Assembly (NCBI GenBank): GCA_963747235.1
Contig: CAVVEU010000004.1
Location: forward strand, 128,001 to 192,000
Direction: 5' to 3'
DNA length: 64,000 nt
From: an uncultured Candidatus Rokubacteria bacterium
Lineage (GTDB): Bacteria > Methylomirabilota > Methylomirabilia > Rokubacteriales > CSP1-6
The notes under the pieces were generated by a model, which saw only the letters and a list, made by a program, of their open reading frames with translations, did not search any database and had not been told where the DNA came from. Position numbers and translations under genes: made by a program. Every line of letters starts with the position of its first letter. Position 1 is the first letter of the stretch. Positions 46,043-56,674 of this stretch are shown piece after piece.

Positions 46043-47242
46043 ATGACCAAGCCCGCCCTCTCGCTCGACGGCATCCGTGTGATCGATCTCTCCCGCGTCA
46101 TCGCGGGGCCCTGGTGCGGCGCGCTGCTCGCCGACCTCGGCGCCGACGTCATCAAGGTGGAGGACACCGGCCCCGGCGACGAGTCGCGCACCTGGCCGCC
46201 CCACAAGGACGGCGAGGCCGCCGCGTACCTGCTCTTCAACCGGAACAAGCGCGGCATCGCGCTGGATCTCAAGCAGCCGGAGGCGGTGGAGGTGGTCAAG
46301 CGGCTCGTGAAGGACGCGGACGTGGTCATCGAGAACTTCCGCACCGGGACCATGGAGTCGTTCGGCCTCGGCTACGACGTGCTGGCCGAGATCAATCCAC
46401 GGCTGATCTACTGCTCGGTCTCCGCGTTCGGGCGCACCGGGCCGCGCAAGGACAGCCCCGGCTACGAGGCGCTGATGCAGGCCTTCAGCGGCATCATGTC
46501 CATCACCGGCGAGCCGGGCGGCCAGCCGGTGCGGGCGGGCGTGTCCTTCCTCGACCTGACCACCGGCATCCTGTGCGCGCTCGGCGTGTCCAACGCGATC
46601 ATCCAGCGCGAGAAGACGGGCCTCGGCCAGCGGGTGGACGGCTCGCTCCTCGAGACCGCGGTGAGCCTGCTCGCCTTCCACGCCGAGGGGTATCTGCTGA
46701 CCGGCGCGCTGCCGCGCGCGCTCGGCTCGGGGCACCCGTCGCTCTCGCCCTATCGCAACTTCAAGTGCGGCGACGGGCAGTGGATCTTCATCGCCGCCGC
46801 CAACGATCGCTTCTGGCAGAAGCTCGCCAAGGCGCTGGGTCTCACCGACCTGGCCGCCGATCCGCGCTTCGAGAAGAACCAGGGGCGGGTGGCCAATCGC
46901 GCGGAGCTCGAGGGCATCCTCGAGAAGACCATCGGCGGGCTCGAGCGGGAGCCCCTGCTCAAGCGCCTCGAGGAAGCCGACGTGCCCGCCACCCCGGTGA
47001 ACACGGTGGACCAGGTGATGAACGACCCGCAGACCGCCGAGCGCGGCATCGTGCAGCGCGTGATGCATCCCAAGCTCGGCGAGATCCCGGTCGTCGGGAC
47101 GCCGCTCCACTTCTCGCGCATGTCCCCCGGCGTCCGCACCGCCGCCCCGCTCCGCGGCGAGCACACCGACACCGTCCTCGCCTCCCTCGGCTACTCCGCC
47201 GACGAGATCAAGACCCTCCGCGCCAAGAAAGCCGCGCTGTAA
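46043..47242 (+). CDS. Family III CoA-transferase (CaiB/BaiF)
   Basis: LADLGADVIKVE, NRNKR, ENFR, catalytic D in FLDL, GEHT. Confidence 0.92.
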   Translation: MTKPALSLDGIRVIDLSRVIAGPWCGALLADLGADVIKVEDTGPGDESRTWPPHKDGEAAAYLLFNRNKRGIALDLKQPEAVEVVKRLVKDADVVIENFRTGTMESFGLGYDVLAEINPRLIYCSVSAFGRTGPRKDSPGYEALMQAFSGIMSITGEPGGQPVRAGVSFLDLTTGILCALGVSNAIIQREKTGLGQRVDGSLLETAVSLLAFHAEGYLLTGALPRALGSGHPSLSPYRNFKCGDGQWIFIAAANDRFWQKLAKALGLTDLAADPRFEKNQGRVANRAELEGILEKTIGGLEREPLLKRLEEADVPATPVNTVDQVMNDPQTAERGIVQRVMHPKLGEIPVVGTPLHFSRMSPGVRTAAPLRGEHTDTVLASLGYSADEIKTLRAKKAAL

Positions 47243-47320
47243 GGGGTCAGGTCTTGAATTACGACATTTTCACGCGGCCGCGAGCGCGCGCGCGGAAATG
47301 TCGAATTAAGACCTGACCCC
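47243..47320. repeat. Long inverted repeat (REP/MITE-like)
   Basis: GGGGTCAGGTCTTGAATTACGACATTT ... AAATGTCGAATTAAGACCTGACCCC filling the whole gap between convergent stop codons. Confidence 0.8.
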
Positions 47321-47321
47321 A

Positions 47322-48110
47322 CTAGCCGAACTTGCGGGATTCTTCGTTGCGGTAGGCGCGGATCGCGATGAGCAGGAATAGCGCGGTGTAGCCGGCGAGC
47401 CAGGCGAGGGACACCGGGAGGCGCTCGGTGTTGGCGCCGAGCGCGCTCCAGCCGAGCTGGCCGTAGTGGTAGGCGGGCAGGTACGGCGCGATGGTGCGCA
47501 CGAAGCCGGGGAGCTGGGAGAGCGGCATGAAGAGCCCCGAGGCGAACGTGAGCGGCAGGTAGACCAGGTTCGCCACCGCGGGGGCCACGTTGGGGCCGCA
47601 GAGATAGCCGATGGCGAAGCCCAGCGCGATGAACGGCACCGAGCCCGCGAGCAGGCGCGCGATCATGTCGAGCCACACCGTGAGGTCCTGGCGGATCCCG
47701 CCCACCACGATGGCGTAGGCGATCAGGACCACGAGCGAGAGCAGCGCGTAGAAGAGCGCGTTCAGCACCTTGGCCAGGATCGCGATGAGGGGCGGCAGCG
47801 GAGTCGCGCGCATCAGCACGTCCACCTTCAGCCCGCGCTCGGTGGCCACCCCGATGCCGAAGCCGAACACCATCACGCTGCCCACGCTGTAGGCCGCGAA
47901 CGAGGCGACCAGATAGGCGCCGAGGCTCGTGCCGTTGGGCAGGGTCTGCTTGGCGTAGGGCAGCCCGAAGAAGGTGAAGAAGAGCACGGGCAGCGCGATG
48001 ATCGTCACGCTGAAGGCGGGGATGCGCCAGCGGATGCGCAGCTCGCTCCACGTCTGCGTCAGCAGCATGCGCCCGAGCGGCGCAATCTGTGGCTTCGCGA
48101 CGGCGCTCAC
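47322..48110 (-). CDS. ABC-2 type exporter permease
   Basis: Six hydrophobic segments; ATPLP, SGLFMP; coupled to an ATPase gene. Confidence 0.88.
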   Translation of the reverse strand: MSAVAKPQIAPLGRMLLTQTWSELRIRWRIPAFSVTIIALPVLFFTFFGLPYAKQTLPNGTSLGAYLVASFAAYSVGSVMVFGFGIGVATERGLKVDVLMRATPLPPLIAILAKVLNALFYALLSLVVLIAYAIVVGGIRQDLTVWLDMIARLLAGSVPFIALGFAIGYLCGPNVAPAVANLVYLPLTFASGLFMPLSQLPGFVRTIAPYLPAYHYGQLGWSALGANTERLPVSLAWLAGYTALFLLIAIRAYRNEESRKFG

Positions 48111-49011
48111 GACCCGCCCTCGGCCCGGCGGGTCAGCGTGAGGAACGCCTCCTCGAGATCCGCCCCGGTCACCTCGAGGTCCACCACGTCCACCCCGCGG
48201 CGGAACAGCTCGCGCAGCACGGCCGCCGGCTCATTGCTGAGCAGGCTCGCGCGCTCGCCGCTCACGCTCAGCACGCGCGCGGGCAGGCCGTCCAGATCCG
48301 CGGGCGCGAACGGCCGGCCCGCGACCAGGGTGATCTTCTTGCCCGGCACCCGCGCCTTCAGCTCCTGCGGGCTCGCGTCCGCGATGACCGCGCCGCGGTC
48401 GATCACGATGATGCGCCGGGCCAGCTCCTCGGCCTCGCGCAGGTAGTGGGTGGTGAACACGATGGTCTTGCCCGCGCCGGAGAGCGTCTGGATGCTGGCC
48501 GTGAAGGCGCGCCGGGCCTCCACGTCCATGCCCACGGTGGGCTCGTCCAGGAACAGGACGTCGGGATCGCCGCAGATCGCGAGCGCGAAGTAGAGGCGCT
48601 GGCGCTGGCCACCCGAGAGTGTCCCGACCCGCACCCCGGCCTGCTCGTCGAGCCCGGCCATCGCGATGGCGCGCTCGGCGGGCAGCGGCGCCGGATAGTA
48701 CGCGCGGAAGACGTCCACGATCTCGCGGACGGTCAGCACGCTGGTGGTGCCGGACTCCTGCAGCATCACCCCGCAGCGGCTGCGCGCGCGCCGGTCGGCG
48801 GGGGGCAGGCCGAAGAGGCGCGCCTGGCCCGCGGTGGGCTGGCGCAGCCCCAGCATCAGGCTGATGGACGTGGTCTTGCCCGCGCCGTTCGGCCCGAGCA
48901 TCGCGACGACCTCGCCGCCGCGGATGGTGAGATCGATCCCGCGGAGCGCCTCGACGTCCCCGTAGCGCTTGCGCGCCCCGATCAGCGCGACGGGAGCCGG
49001 GGCGGCGTCAC
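48107..49011 (-). CDS. ABC exporter ATPase (1-nt indel near the start)
   Basis: GPNGAGKTT, LSGGQRQR, FLDEPT, TTHY; frame open upstream of 48901 to about 49005. Confidence 0.88.
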
Positions 49012-50036
49012 CCCTTGAGTCCGTAGAGCCTCCGCGTGTTGTCCGAGAGGATCTTCCGCTTCTGGATCTCGGTGATGTCGCCCCGCTCGCGGATCTCGTC
49101 GAGGGAGGCGGGGTAGCTGTGGTCCCAGTGCGGGAAGTCGGAGGCGTAGACGATCTGGTTCTCGCCGATCAGCTTCAGCGCCTGCGGGAGCAGCCACTCG
49201 TCGGCCTCGCAGGAGAAGAAGATGGACCCGCTCCGGATGTAGTCGCTCGGCTTGCGGGTGAGCGCGGGCGCCTCCGAGGCGCGCTTGGCGTACTCGTCGT
49301 CCATCCGCTCCGCCCAGTAGGGCGCCCAGCCGCATCCGGCTTCGAGATAGGCGATGCGCAGGCGGGGGAAGCGCTCCGGGATGCCCTCGAACACCATCGA
49401 GGTGATCTGCCGCATCTGCCCGAACGCGTGCGAGCAGGTGTGGGCCTGGATGAACTGCGGGAAGAGGTCCACCCCGGCGCCACCCAGGTGCGAGCCCGAG
49501 GCGTGGATGCCCAGCATCACGTCGAGCCGATCCGCTTCCTCGTAGATCGGCAGGAAGCGCGAATCCCCCAGCAGGTGGCTGCCGTCGGCCGCGAGCATGG
49601 CGCCCACCAGGCCGAGCTCGGTCACCGCGCGGCGCAGCTCGCGCGCGGCCGCGTCGGGATCCTGCACCGGCAGCAGCGCCACCGCGTGCAGGCGCGGGCT
49701 CTTCTTGACGAACTCCTCGTGCAGGAAGGTGTTGTAGGCGCGGCAGAGCGCCACCGCCCACTCGCGGTCCTTGAGGAAGGAGAGGAAGAGGCCGAGCGTG
49801 GGATAGAGCACCGCCTGCTCCATGCCGCCCCGATCGAGCGCGCGCAGCCAGGCGTCCGCGGTGCCCGCCGCGTCGCCCAGCGTGCCGAGGAGCCGCCGGT
49901 CCCAGCCGTCCCACGGATAGAACGAGAAGTTGAGCGGCCGCCGGTTGTAGGGCGCGTCGAGATACTTCGCGACCTGCTCGATGGACTCGGTGATGTGGCC
50001 GTCGGCGTCGAGGATGGGATACGCGGCCTGGCTCAT
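49008..50036 (-). CDS. Amidohydrolase_2 family protein (decarboxylase/hydratase-like)
   Basis: DADGH, IH, LEAGCGW, ASDFPHWD. Confidence 0.9.
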   Translation of the reverse strand: MSQAAYPILDADGHITESIEQVAKYLDAPYNRRPLNFSFYPWDGWDRRLLGTLGDAAGTADAWLRALDRGGMEQAVLYPTLGLFLSFLKDREWAVALCRAYNTFLHEEFVKKSPRLHAVALLPVQDPDAAARELRRAVTELGLVGAMLAADGSHLLGDSRFLPIYEEADRLDVMLGIHASGSHLGGAGVDLFPQFIQAHTCSHAFGQMRQITSMVFEGIPERFPRLRIAYLEAGCGWAPYWAERMDDEYAKRASEAPALTRKPSDYIRSGSIFFSCEADEWLLPQALKLIGENQIVYASDFPHWDHSYPASLDEIRERGDITEIQKRKILSDNTRRLYGLKG

Positions 50037-51037
50037 GAGGTCCTCCAGCGCGGAATCGCCTGCGGGTTCACGCAGTGGGCGGGCGCCTCGCCGCGGCCCG
50101 CGGCCAGGATCTGGTCGAGGGCGAGCTCGAGATTCGCGCGGCGGCCCGCTTCGCTATGGCTCACGTTGTGGGGCGTGAGGATCAGCCGCTCGGGGTCCAC
50201 GTCGCGCAGCGGGCTCGTGGCGGGCAGCGGCTCGCGCGTGAAGGCGTCCAGCGCGGCGCCCGCGATCCAGCCCTCGGTCAGCGCGCGGGCGATCGCCTCC
50301 TCGTCCGCGATCTCGCCGCGGGCGGTGTTGATCAGGATCGCGGTGGGCTTCATGGCCCGCAGCGCCTTCTCGCCGATCAGGGTGCGGGTCTCGTCGGTCA
50401 GCGAGGCGTGGAGCGACACCACGTCGCTCTCGGCCAGCAGCGTGGGCAGGTCCACCAGGGTGGCGCCCAGCGACCGCGCGCGCTCCGCGGAGACGTAGGG
50501 ATCGCAGGCCAGCAGGCGCACGTCCCAGTTCACGAGCCGCCGCGCCACGTGCGAGCCCACCCGGCCGAGGCCGATCAGCCCCACCGTCTTGCCGAACAGG
50601 AACTCGCCGCGGTCGCCCCGCTGCGCCCACTCGCCGCGGCGCAGCTTGGCCTCGTTGTGCTTGATGCGCTTCTGCAGCATCAGGGTCAGCGCCACCGTGG
50701 CCTCCGCCACCGCGATGAAGTTCTCCGGCGTCGGGCTGTTGGCCACCAGGATGCCGAGCCGCGAGGCCGCCTCGATGTCGATCTTGTCGGTGCCGATGAA
50801 GGGCACGATGACCAGGCGGAGGCTCGGGGCCGCCTCCATGACCCCGCGGGTGATCGCGTCGAGATGCGAGGCGAGGATGACGTGGGCGTCGCGCGCGGCC
50901 GCGCCGAGATCGCTTTCCGTGTACGCCGCGCGCCCGGGCTGATCGAGCGGCCGGCCGATCACGACGTCGTGTCCCGCCGCGCGGAGCGGGTCGAGCTCGG
51001 TCGCCGGTCCGCTGGGGCCCGAGGCGAGGATCTTCAC
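50033..51037 (-). CDS. D-isomer-specific 2-hydroxyacid dehydrogenase
   Basis: GLIGLGRVG, INTARG, ALDAF.REP, LTPH. Confidence 0.9.
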   Translation of the reverse strand: MKILASGPSGPATELDPLRAAGHDVVIGRPLDQPGRAAYTESDLGAAARDAHVILASHLDAITRGVMEAAPSLRLVIVPFIGTDKIDIEAASRLGILVANSPTPENFIAVAEATVALTLMLQKRIKHNEAKLRRGEWAQRGDRGEFLFGKTVGLIGLGRVGSHVARRLVNWDVRLLACDPYVSAERARSLGATLVDLPTLLAESDVVSLHASLTDETRTLIGEKALRAMKPTAILINTARGEIADEEAIARALTEGWIAGAALDAFTREPLPATSPLRDVDPERLILTPHNVSHSEAGRRANLELALDQILAAGRGEAPAHCVNPQAIPRWRTS

Positions 51038-52745
51038 GGCTTCTTGCAGATCACGTTGAGGACGACCTGGCGCTTCTCTTCCTTCACGATGCGCAGCCCG
51101 CGCCGGAGCGCGTCGGCCAGCGCGGCGGGATCCTCGACCTTCTCGCCGTGGCCGCCGGAGGCCCGGCAGATCATCTCGTAGTCGGGCGAGGGCTCGAGCG
51201 CGGTGAGCGGCATCGAGTCGGTGCGCACCGCCCAGCCGTCGCGCGCGTAGGTCTGCACCGCGCGCTTCACCGCGTTCCACGTGCGGTTGTTGAAGACCAC
51301 GAACAGGACGGGCAGGTTGTAGGCGCGCGAGACGAAGTGCGACGCGGTGGGCGAGCCGAAGATGTAGGCCCCGTCGCCCACGCAGCAGATCACGCTGTGA
51401 TCGGGCGCGGCCAGCTTGGCCCCGAGCGCCGCGCCCAGGCCCCACCCGAGCCCACCGGACGGCGGCGCCGCGAAGTAGCTGCCGGGCCGGGTGAACGTGC
51501 ACTGGGTGGCGTCGAGATCGTACTCGTTGACCACGATCGTGCGGTCGTCCACCAGCTCGCCGATCGCGCGGGAGAGCGCGAGCATGTCGATGGGCGCGTC
51601 GGCCTGGACCGCGCGGCTCTTCGCGGCCGCGGCCTCGCGCCGCTTGACGCCCGCGTCCGCCCAGCGCTGCCGACGCTCCGCCACCGCCGCCTTGTCCACG
51701 CGCCGCGCCACCGCGTCCGTCAGCGCGGCCAGCGCCAGCCGCGGGGTGCCCGCCAGCGCCAGGTCCGCGGGGAAGCCCCGCACCGGGTAGCGCGAGAAGA
51801 GCGGGTCCACGCCCAGGTGGACGATGCGCGCGCTCGGGCTCCGGCCGGGCCATCCCCGGGAACCACGGCACGTCCGACTCCACGACCAGGATCGCATCCG
51901 CCTCGCCGAGCGTCCGGCCGGTCTCGAAGCCGCCGTGCAGCGCGTGATCCTGGGGGAAGTTCACGTAGGTGTGGAACTGATCGAAGACGGGGGCCCCGAG
52001 CGTCTCGGCGAGCCGCACCAGCACCGGCACCGCGGCCGGATCGCGGCCGAGCGCCTTGGTGATGATGATCGGGTTGCGCGCCGCGGCCAGGATCGCCGCC
52101 GCCTCGTCCACCGCGGCCGGATCCGGCAGCGTCCCGGCCGGCACCACCGCGCGCGCGGGATCGGCGTACTCGATGGCGTCGTGGCGCTCGGCCAGCACCT
52201 CGCGCGGCAGCGTGAGGTAGACCGGCCCGCGCGGCTCCGATCTGGGCCAGGGTCAGCGCGCGGTCCACCACCGTCTCGAGCTGGTCGAAGCGCTTGAGCT
52301 CGTAGTCCCACTTCACGAACTCGCGCAGCATGCCCGCCTGGTCGAACGACTCCTGCGCCCAGTGGATCGGCCGGTCGCGGCTGCCCGCGTCGCCGGACTC
52401 GGTGATCGGATTGCGCCCGGCCGAGAAGAGCATGGGGATGTTCGAGCGCGCCGCGTTGATCACGCCGCCCGCCGCGTTGCCCGCGCCCACGATGACGTGG
52501 ACCATGACCACCTGGGGTCGGCCCGTGATCATCGTGAACCCATGCGCCATGGCGACCGCCGGTATCTCGTGCGGCACCGTGATGGGGCGCGGGCTCGCCT
52601 GGCCCTGCGCGCCGCGGCGGGCGTAGGCCTCGATGATCGGCGCGAAATCGGTGCCCGCGTTGGCGAAGAAGTACTCGACCCCGCGGGCGGCCAGGAGCTC
52701 GAGATAGGCGTCGGCGGTGGACTCGACGGTCGCTCGTTTCATCAT
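51034..52745 (-). CDS. Thiamine diphosphate-requiring enzyme (two frameshifts)
   Basis: FANAGTDF, PHEIPAV, GLGWGLG, GDGAY...NN. Confidence 0.88.
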
Positions 52746-52814
52746 GGTGCAGGGAGGGTAGCGCCGGGCCGAGGGGTGGTCAAGGACCATGCAGTTGCCG
52801 TAGAGTAGGCCCCC

Positions 52815-54530
52815 ATGACGACCCAAGGGACGACCCAGGCGGCGGCGCACGACCTCGTGATTCGCGGTGGACTCGTCGTCGACGGCACCGGCGCCCCCGG
52901 CCGCCGCGCCGACGTGGCGGTGCGCGACGGCAAGCTGAGCGAGATCGGCACGGTGACGGGCCGCGGCGCGCGCGAGATATCAGCCGCGGGCCTGGTCGTC
53001 GCGCCCGGCTTCATCGATCCGCACACGCACTACGACGCCCAGATCACGTGGGACAGCCTCGCCTCCTGCTCGTCCTGGCACGGGGTGACCACGGTGGTGA
53101 TGGGCAACTGCGGCTTCACGCTCGCCCCGTGCCGCGCCGAGGATCGCCTGACCCTGATGCGCATGCTCACCTACGTGGAGGGCATGCCGCTCGAGGCGCT
53201 CACCGCGGGCATCCGCTGGGAGTGGGAGACCTTCGCGCAGTACCAGGACGCGGTCGAGCGGATCGGCCCGTGGATGAACGTGGGCTACTTCATCGGCCAC
53301 TCGGCCATCCGCCAGTACGTGATGGGCGACGCGGCGTGGGAGCGCGAGGCCACCGCGGAGGAGATCGCGGGCATGGGCCGCCTCGTGACCGAGGCGATGG
53401 CGCTCGGCGCGGTGGGGCTCTCGTCCACCACCAACAAGAACCACGTGGGCGATCGCGGGCGCCCGGTGCCGAGCCGGCTCGCGCACGAGGACGAGCTGAC
53501 GAGCCTGGTGCGGACCATGGGCGCGTCGGGCCGCGGCATCCTCGAGCTGACCATCGGCGGCACGCGGCCGGATCGCATGGCCGAGATCGACCGCTTCGCG
53601 GAGCTGGCGCGCGCGGCCGACCGGCCGGTGACGCTGGTCTCGCTCCGCCACAACCCGTCGCACCCCGAGGAGCACCGGGCGATCCTGGCGCGCATCGAGG
53701 CGCTCGCGCGCGACGGGGTGGAGATCTATCCCCAGGTGACGACATCGCCGCTGACCGCCACGTTCGATCTGGCGAGCGCCTTCGTGTTCTTCCGCTTCCC
53801 GGTCTGGAAGCGCGTGCTCGACGCGCCCGTCTCGAGCTGGCGCGCGCTCTTCCGCGACGCGGGCTTCCGCGAGGAGTTCCGCGCCTCGGTCGGCCGCACC
53901 CCGCTCTTCCAGGGCGACACCGCGCCGCTCCGCGTGCACGCGGTGGGCGCGGACGCGTTCAAGCCCTTCGTCGGCCTCGCGGTGGCCCAGGTCGCGGCCC
54001 GGCGCGGCCAGGACGTGATCGACGCCTTCTTCGACCTCGCGCTCGAGGACGATCTGCAGACCCAGTTCACGGTGGCGGTGATGAACACCGACGCGGCCTC
54101 GGTGGCCGAGATCTTCACCCACCCGCGCTCGCTCATCGGCCTCTCCGACGCGGGCGCGCATCTGACGCTCTTCTGCGAGGCGGGCCAGACGAGCCGGCTG
54201 CTGGGCCACTGGGTGCGGGAGCGCCGCGCGCTCTCGCTGGAGGACGGCGTCCGCCGCATCACCTCGATGCCCGCCGATCTCTTCGGCCTCCGCGACCGCG
54301 GGCGCCTGCAGCCCGGGCTCGCCGCCGACATCACGGTCTTCGATCCGGACACCATCGCCGATCACGAGCCCGAGCTGGTGCACGATCTCCCGGGCGGCGG
54401 GCCGCGGCTCGTGCAGCGGGCCAGCGGCATCCGGTGGTCGTTCGTCAACGGCCAGGCCGTCATCGAGGACGGGCGGGTGCCCGAGCCCGCGGGCGCGCGC
54501 GGGCCCGGCCGCCTGCTGCGCGCGTCATGA
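52815..54530 (+). CDS. N-acyl-D-amino-acid deacylase-like amidohydrolase
   Basis: PGFIDPHTHYD, GNCG, SDAGAH, ADITVFD. Confidence 0.9.
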   Translation: MTTQGTTQAAAHDLVIRGGLVVDGTGAPGRRADVAVRDGKLSEIGTVTGRGAREISAAGLVVAPGFIDPHTHYDAQITWDSLASCSSWHGVTTVVMGNCGFTLAPCRAEDRLTLMRMLTYVEGMPLEALTAGIRWEWETFAQYQDAVERIGPWMNVGYFIGHSAIRQYVMGDAAWEREATAEEIAGMGRLVTEAMALGAVGLSSTTNKNHVGDRGRPVPSRLAHEDELTSLVRTMGASGRGILELTIGGTRPDRMAEIDRFAELARAADRPVTLVSLRHNPSHPEEHRAILARIEALARDGVEIYPQVTTSPLTATFDLASAFVFFRFPVWKRVLDAPVSSWRALFRDAGFREEFRASVGRTPLFQGDTAPLRVHAVGADAFKPFVGLAVAQVAARRGQDVIDAFFDLALEDDLQTQFTVAVMNTDAASVAEIFTHPRSLIGLSDAGAHLTLFCEAGQTSRLLGHWVRERRALSLEDGVRRITSMPADLFGLRDRGRLQPGLAADITVFDPDTIADHEPELVHDLPGGGPRLVQRASGIRWSFVNGQAVIEDGRVPEPAGARGPGRLLRAS

Positions 54531-55756
54531 AGTTCGGCATCTTCTACGAGCATCAGCTCCCGCGGCCCTGGGGGCCGGACAGCGAGTACCGGCTGTTGCA
54601 AGACTCGCTCACCCAGATCGAGCTCGCCGACCGGCTGGGCTACGACTACGCCTGGGAGGTCGAGCACCACTTCCTCGAGGAGTACTCGCACTCCTCGGCG
54701 CCCGAGGTGTTCCTGGGCGCGGCCACCCAGCGCACGAGTCGCATCCGCCTGGGCCACGGGATCATCCAGCTCCCGACCAATCACCCGATCCGGGTGGCCG
54801 AGCGCGTCGCCACGCTCGATCTGCTGAGCGGCGGGCGCGTGGAGCTGGGCCTGGGCGAGGGGCAGGGGCCCATCGAGCTCCATCCATTTGGCCGCCGCGT
54901 GCGGGACAAGCGAGAGGTCTGGGAAGAAGCGGTGCGGGTGCTGATCCCGTGCTTCACCCAGGACGCGGTCGAGTTCCATGGCCAGTACTTCGATTTCCCG
55001 GCCCGCAACGTCATCCCGAAGCCGCGGCAGAAGCCGCACCCGCCGCTCTGGGTCGCCTGCTCGAACATCGCGACGATCGCGAGCGCGGGCCAGTGGGGCA
55101 TGGGCGCGCTCGGCTTCCAGTTCGTCTCGCCGGAGGCGGCGCGCGCCTGGGTGAACCGCTACTACACGAGCCTCACGCGCGAGCCCAATCGCCTGGCCGA
55201 CTACCCGGCCAACCCGAATATCGCGATGGTGAGCGCCTTCATGTGCGCGCCGACGGACGAGGAGGCGCGCGAGAAGGCGGCGGGCTGGACGTTCTTCGTG
55301 TTCTGCCTCTCGCACTACGGCCGGCACGGCATGGCCGAGCCCGGCCGGGGCGACATGTGGAAGCTCTACGAGGAGTGGCGGCACACGCCCAAGGCGCAGG
55401 AGACGCTCCACGCCGGGCTGATCGGCTCGCCGGAGACGATTCGCCGCAAGCTCGCCCAGTTCGAGGCGTCCAACGTGGACCAGGTCATCCTGCTCAACCA
55501 GACCGGGCGCACCAGCCACGAGGACATCTGCTCGAGCCTGGAGCTCTTCGCGCGCGAGGTGATGCCCGAGTTCCACGCGCGCGAGCCGGAGCACCAGCGC
55601 TGGAAGGCCGACGTCCTGGCCGGGAAGCTCGCGCTCGAGGATCTCGACACCGACGGCTTCAAGGTCTACGCGCACCAGAACGAGGACATCGTCCGGCTCA
55701 CGCCCGAGCAGCTCAAGCGGAAGATGGCGGCCAAGGAAGCGGGGAGACCCTCATGA
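54527..55756 (+). CDS. LLM flavin-dependent oxidoreductase, paralog of 31695-32987
   Basis: MKFGIFYEHQLPRPW...WEVEHHFLEEYSHSSAPEVFL; ATGA overlap with the upstream gene. Confidence 0.92.
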   Translation: MKFGIFYEHQLPRPWGPDSEYRLLQDSLTQIELADRLGYDYAWEVEHHFLEEYSHSSAPEVFLGAATQRTSRIRLGHGIIQLPTNHPIRVAERVATLDLLSGGRVELGLGEGQGPIELHPFGRRVRDKREVWEEAVRVLIPCFTQDAVEFHGQYFDFPARNVIPKPRQKPHPPLWVACSNIATIASAGQWGMGALGFQFVSPEAARAWVNRYYTSLTREPNRLADYPANPNIAMVSAFMCAPTDEEAREKAAGWTFFVFCLSHYGRHGMAEPGRGDMWKLYEEWRHTPKAQETLHAGLIGSPETIRRKLAQFEASNVDQVILLNQTGRTSHEDICSSLELFAREVMPEFHAREPEHQRWKADVLAGKLALEDLDTDGFKVYAHQNEDIVRLTPEQLKRKMAAKEAGRPS

Positions 55757-56508
55757 GCCTGCGCATGCGACAGATCTGCCTGGTGGCCGGCCACCTGGCG
55801 CCGGTGGTGGAGGAATTTCGCGCGGTGCTCGGCCTCGAGGTCTGCCACCGCGATCCGGGGGTGGGCAAGTACGGGCTCGAGAACGCGCTGTTCCCGATCG
55901 GCCACAACTTCCTCGAGGTCGTGGCCCCGGTGCGCGAGGGCACGACGGCCGGACGTTATCTCGAGCGGCGCGGCGGGGACGGCGGCTACATGGTGATCAC
56001 CCAGTGCGACGATCTGGCCCCGCGGCGCAAGCGCTGCGAGGCGGTCGGCGTACGCATCGCGAACGAGATCGGCTATCCCGAGTATCGCGAGCTGCAGCTC
56101 CACCCGCGCGACGTGGGCGCGGCCATGCTGTCGTTCGGGTGGCAGCCCGGCGCGCGGGATCCGGGCGGCCCGTGGCACCCGGCTGGGCGAGGCGCAGCCG
56201 AAGGCGAGCCGAGCGAATACGAGAAAAGCTCTGCCGCCAACCAGTCGAGCTTGATCACGGCCATGACGGCGGCCGAGCTCCAGAGCGACGACCCCGACCG
56301 GCTGGCCCGCCGCTGGAGCGAGGTCATGGAGCGCCCGGTCCAGATGCGCGATGGGCAGCGCGTCATCGCCCTCGACGACGCGACGCTCCGCTTCACCGAG
56401 GCCACCGACGGCCGCGGTGAGGGGCTGGGCGGCCTCGACCTGGCCTGCGCCGATCGGACGCGTGCCGGCCTCGTCCAGATCTGCGGCATCCGCTTCCGCC
56501 TGACCTAG
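55753..56508 (+). CDS. VOC/glyoxalase-like family protein
   Basis: LRMRQICL, GLEN, FLEVVAP, GGDGGYMVI, QLHPRD. Confidence 0.82.
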   Translation: MSLRMRQICLVAGHLAPVVEEFRAVLGLEVCHRDPGVGKYGLENALFPIGHNFLEVVAPVREGTTAGRYLERRGGDGGYMVITQCDDLAPRRKRCEAVGVRIANEIGYPEYRELQLHPRDVGAAMLSFGWQPGARDPGGPWHPAGRGAAEGEPSEYEKSSAANQSSLITAMTAAELQSDDPDRLARRWSEVMERPVQMRDGQRVIALDDATLRFTEATDGRGEGLGGLDLACADRTRAGLVQICGIRFRLT

Positions 56509-56621
56509 CGGCAGCGGCACTCCGTGGACACCGGACGACTCGGTGTCACCAGGCAGCCCGAATCCGTCACATCGCGCCCGCAGGGCCCTCGCAATTCCAC
56601 GCACTTGGCCGGTGTTCCGGG

Positions 56622-56637
56622 TGGCAAGAATGTTGCG
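56622..56637 (+). promoter_or_regulatory. sigma54 -24/-12 promoter
   Basis: TGGCAAGAATGTTGCG, GG-N10-GC, upstream of the TPR gene. Confidence 0.75.
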
Positions 56638-56674
56638 GCTTGCAACCACCATGCTGGCCTTCCCGCCGGGGCTC

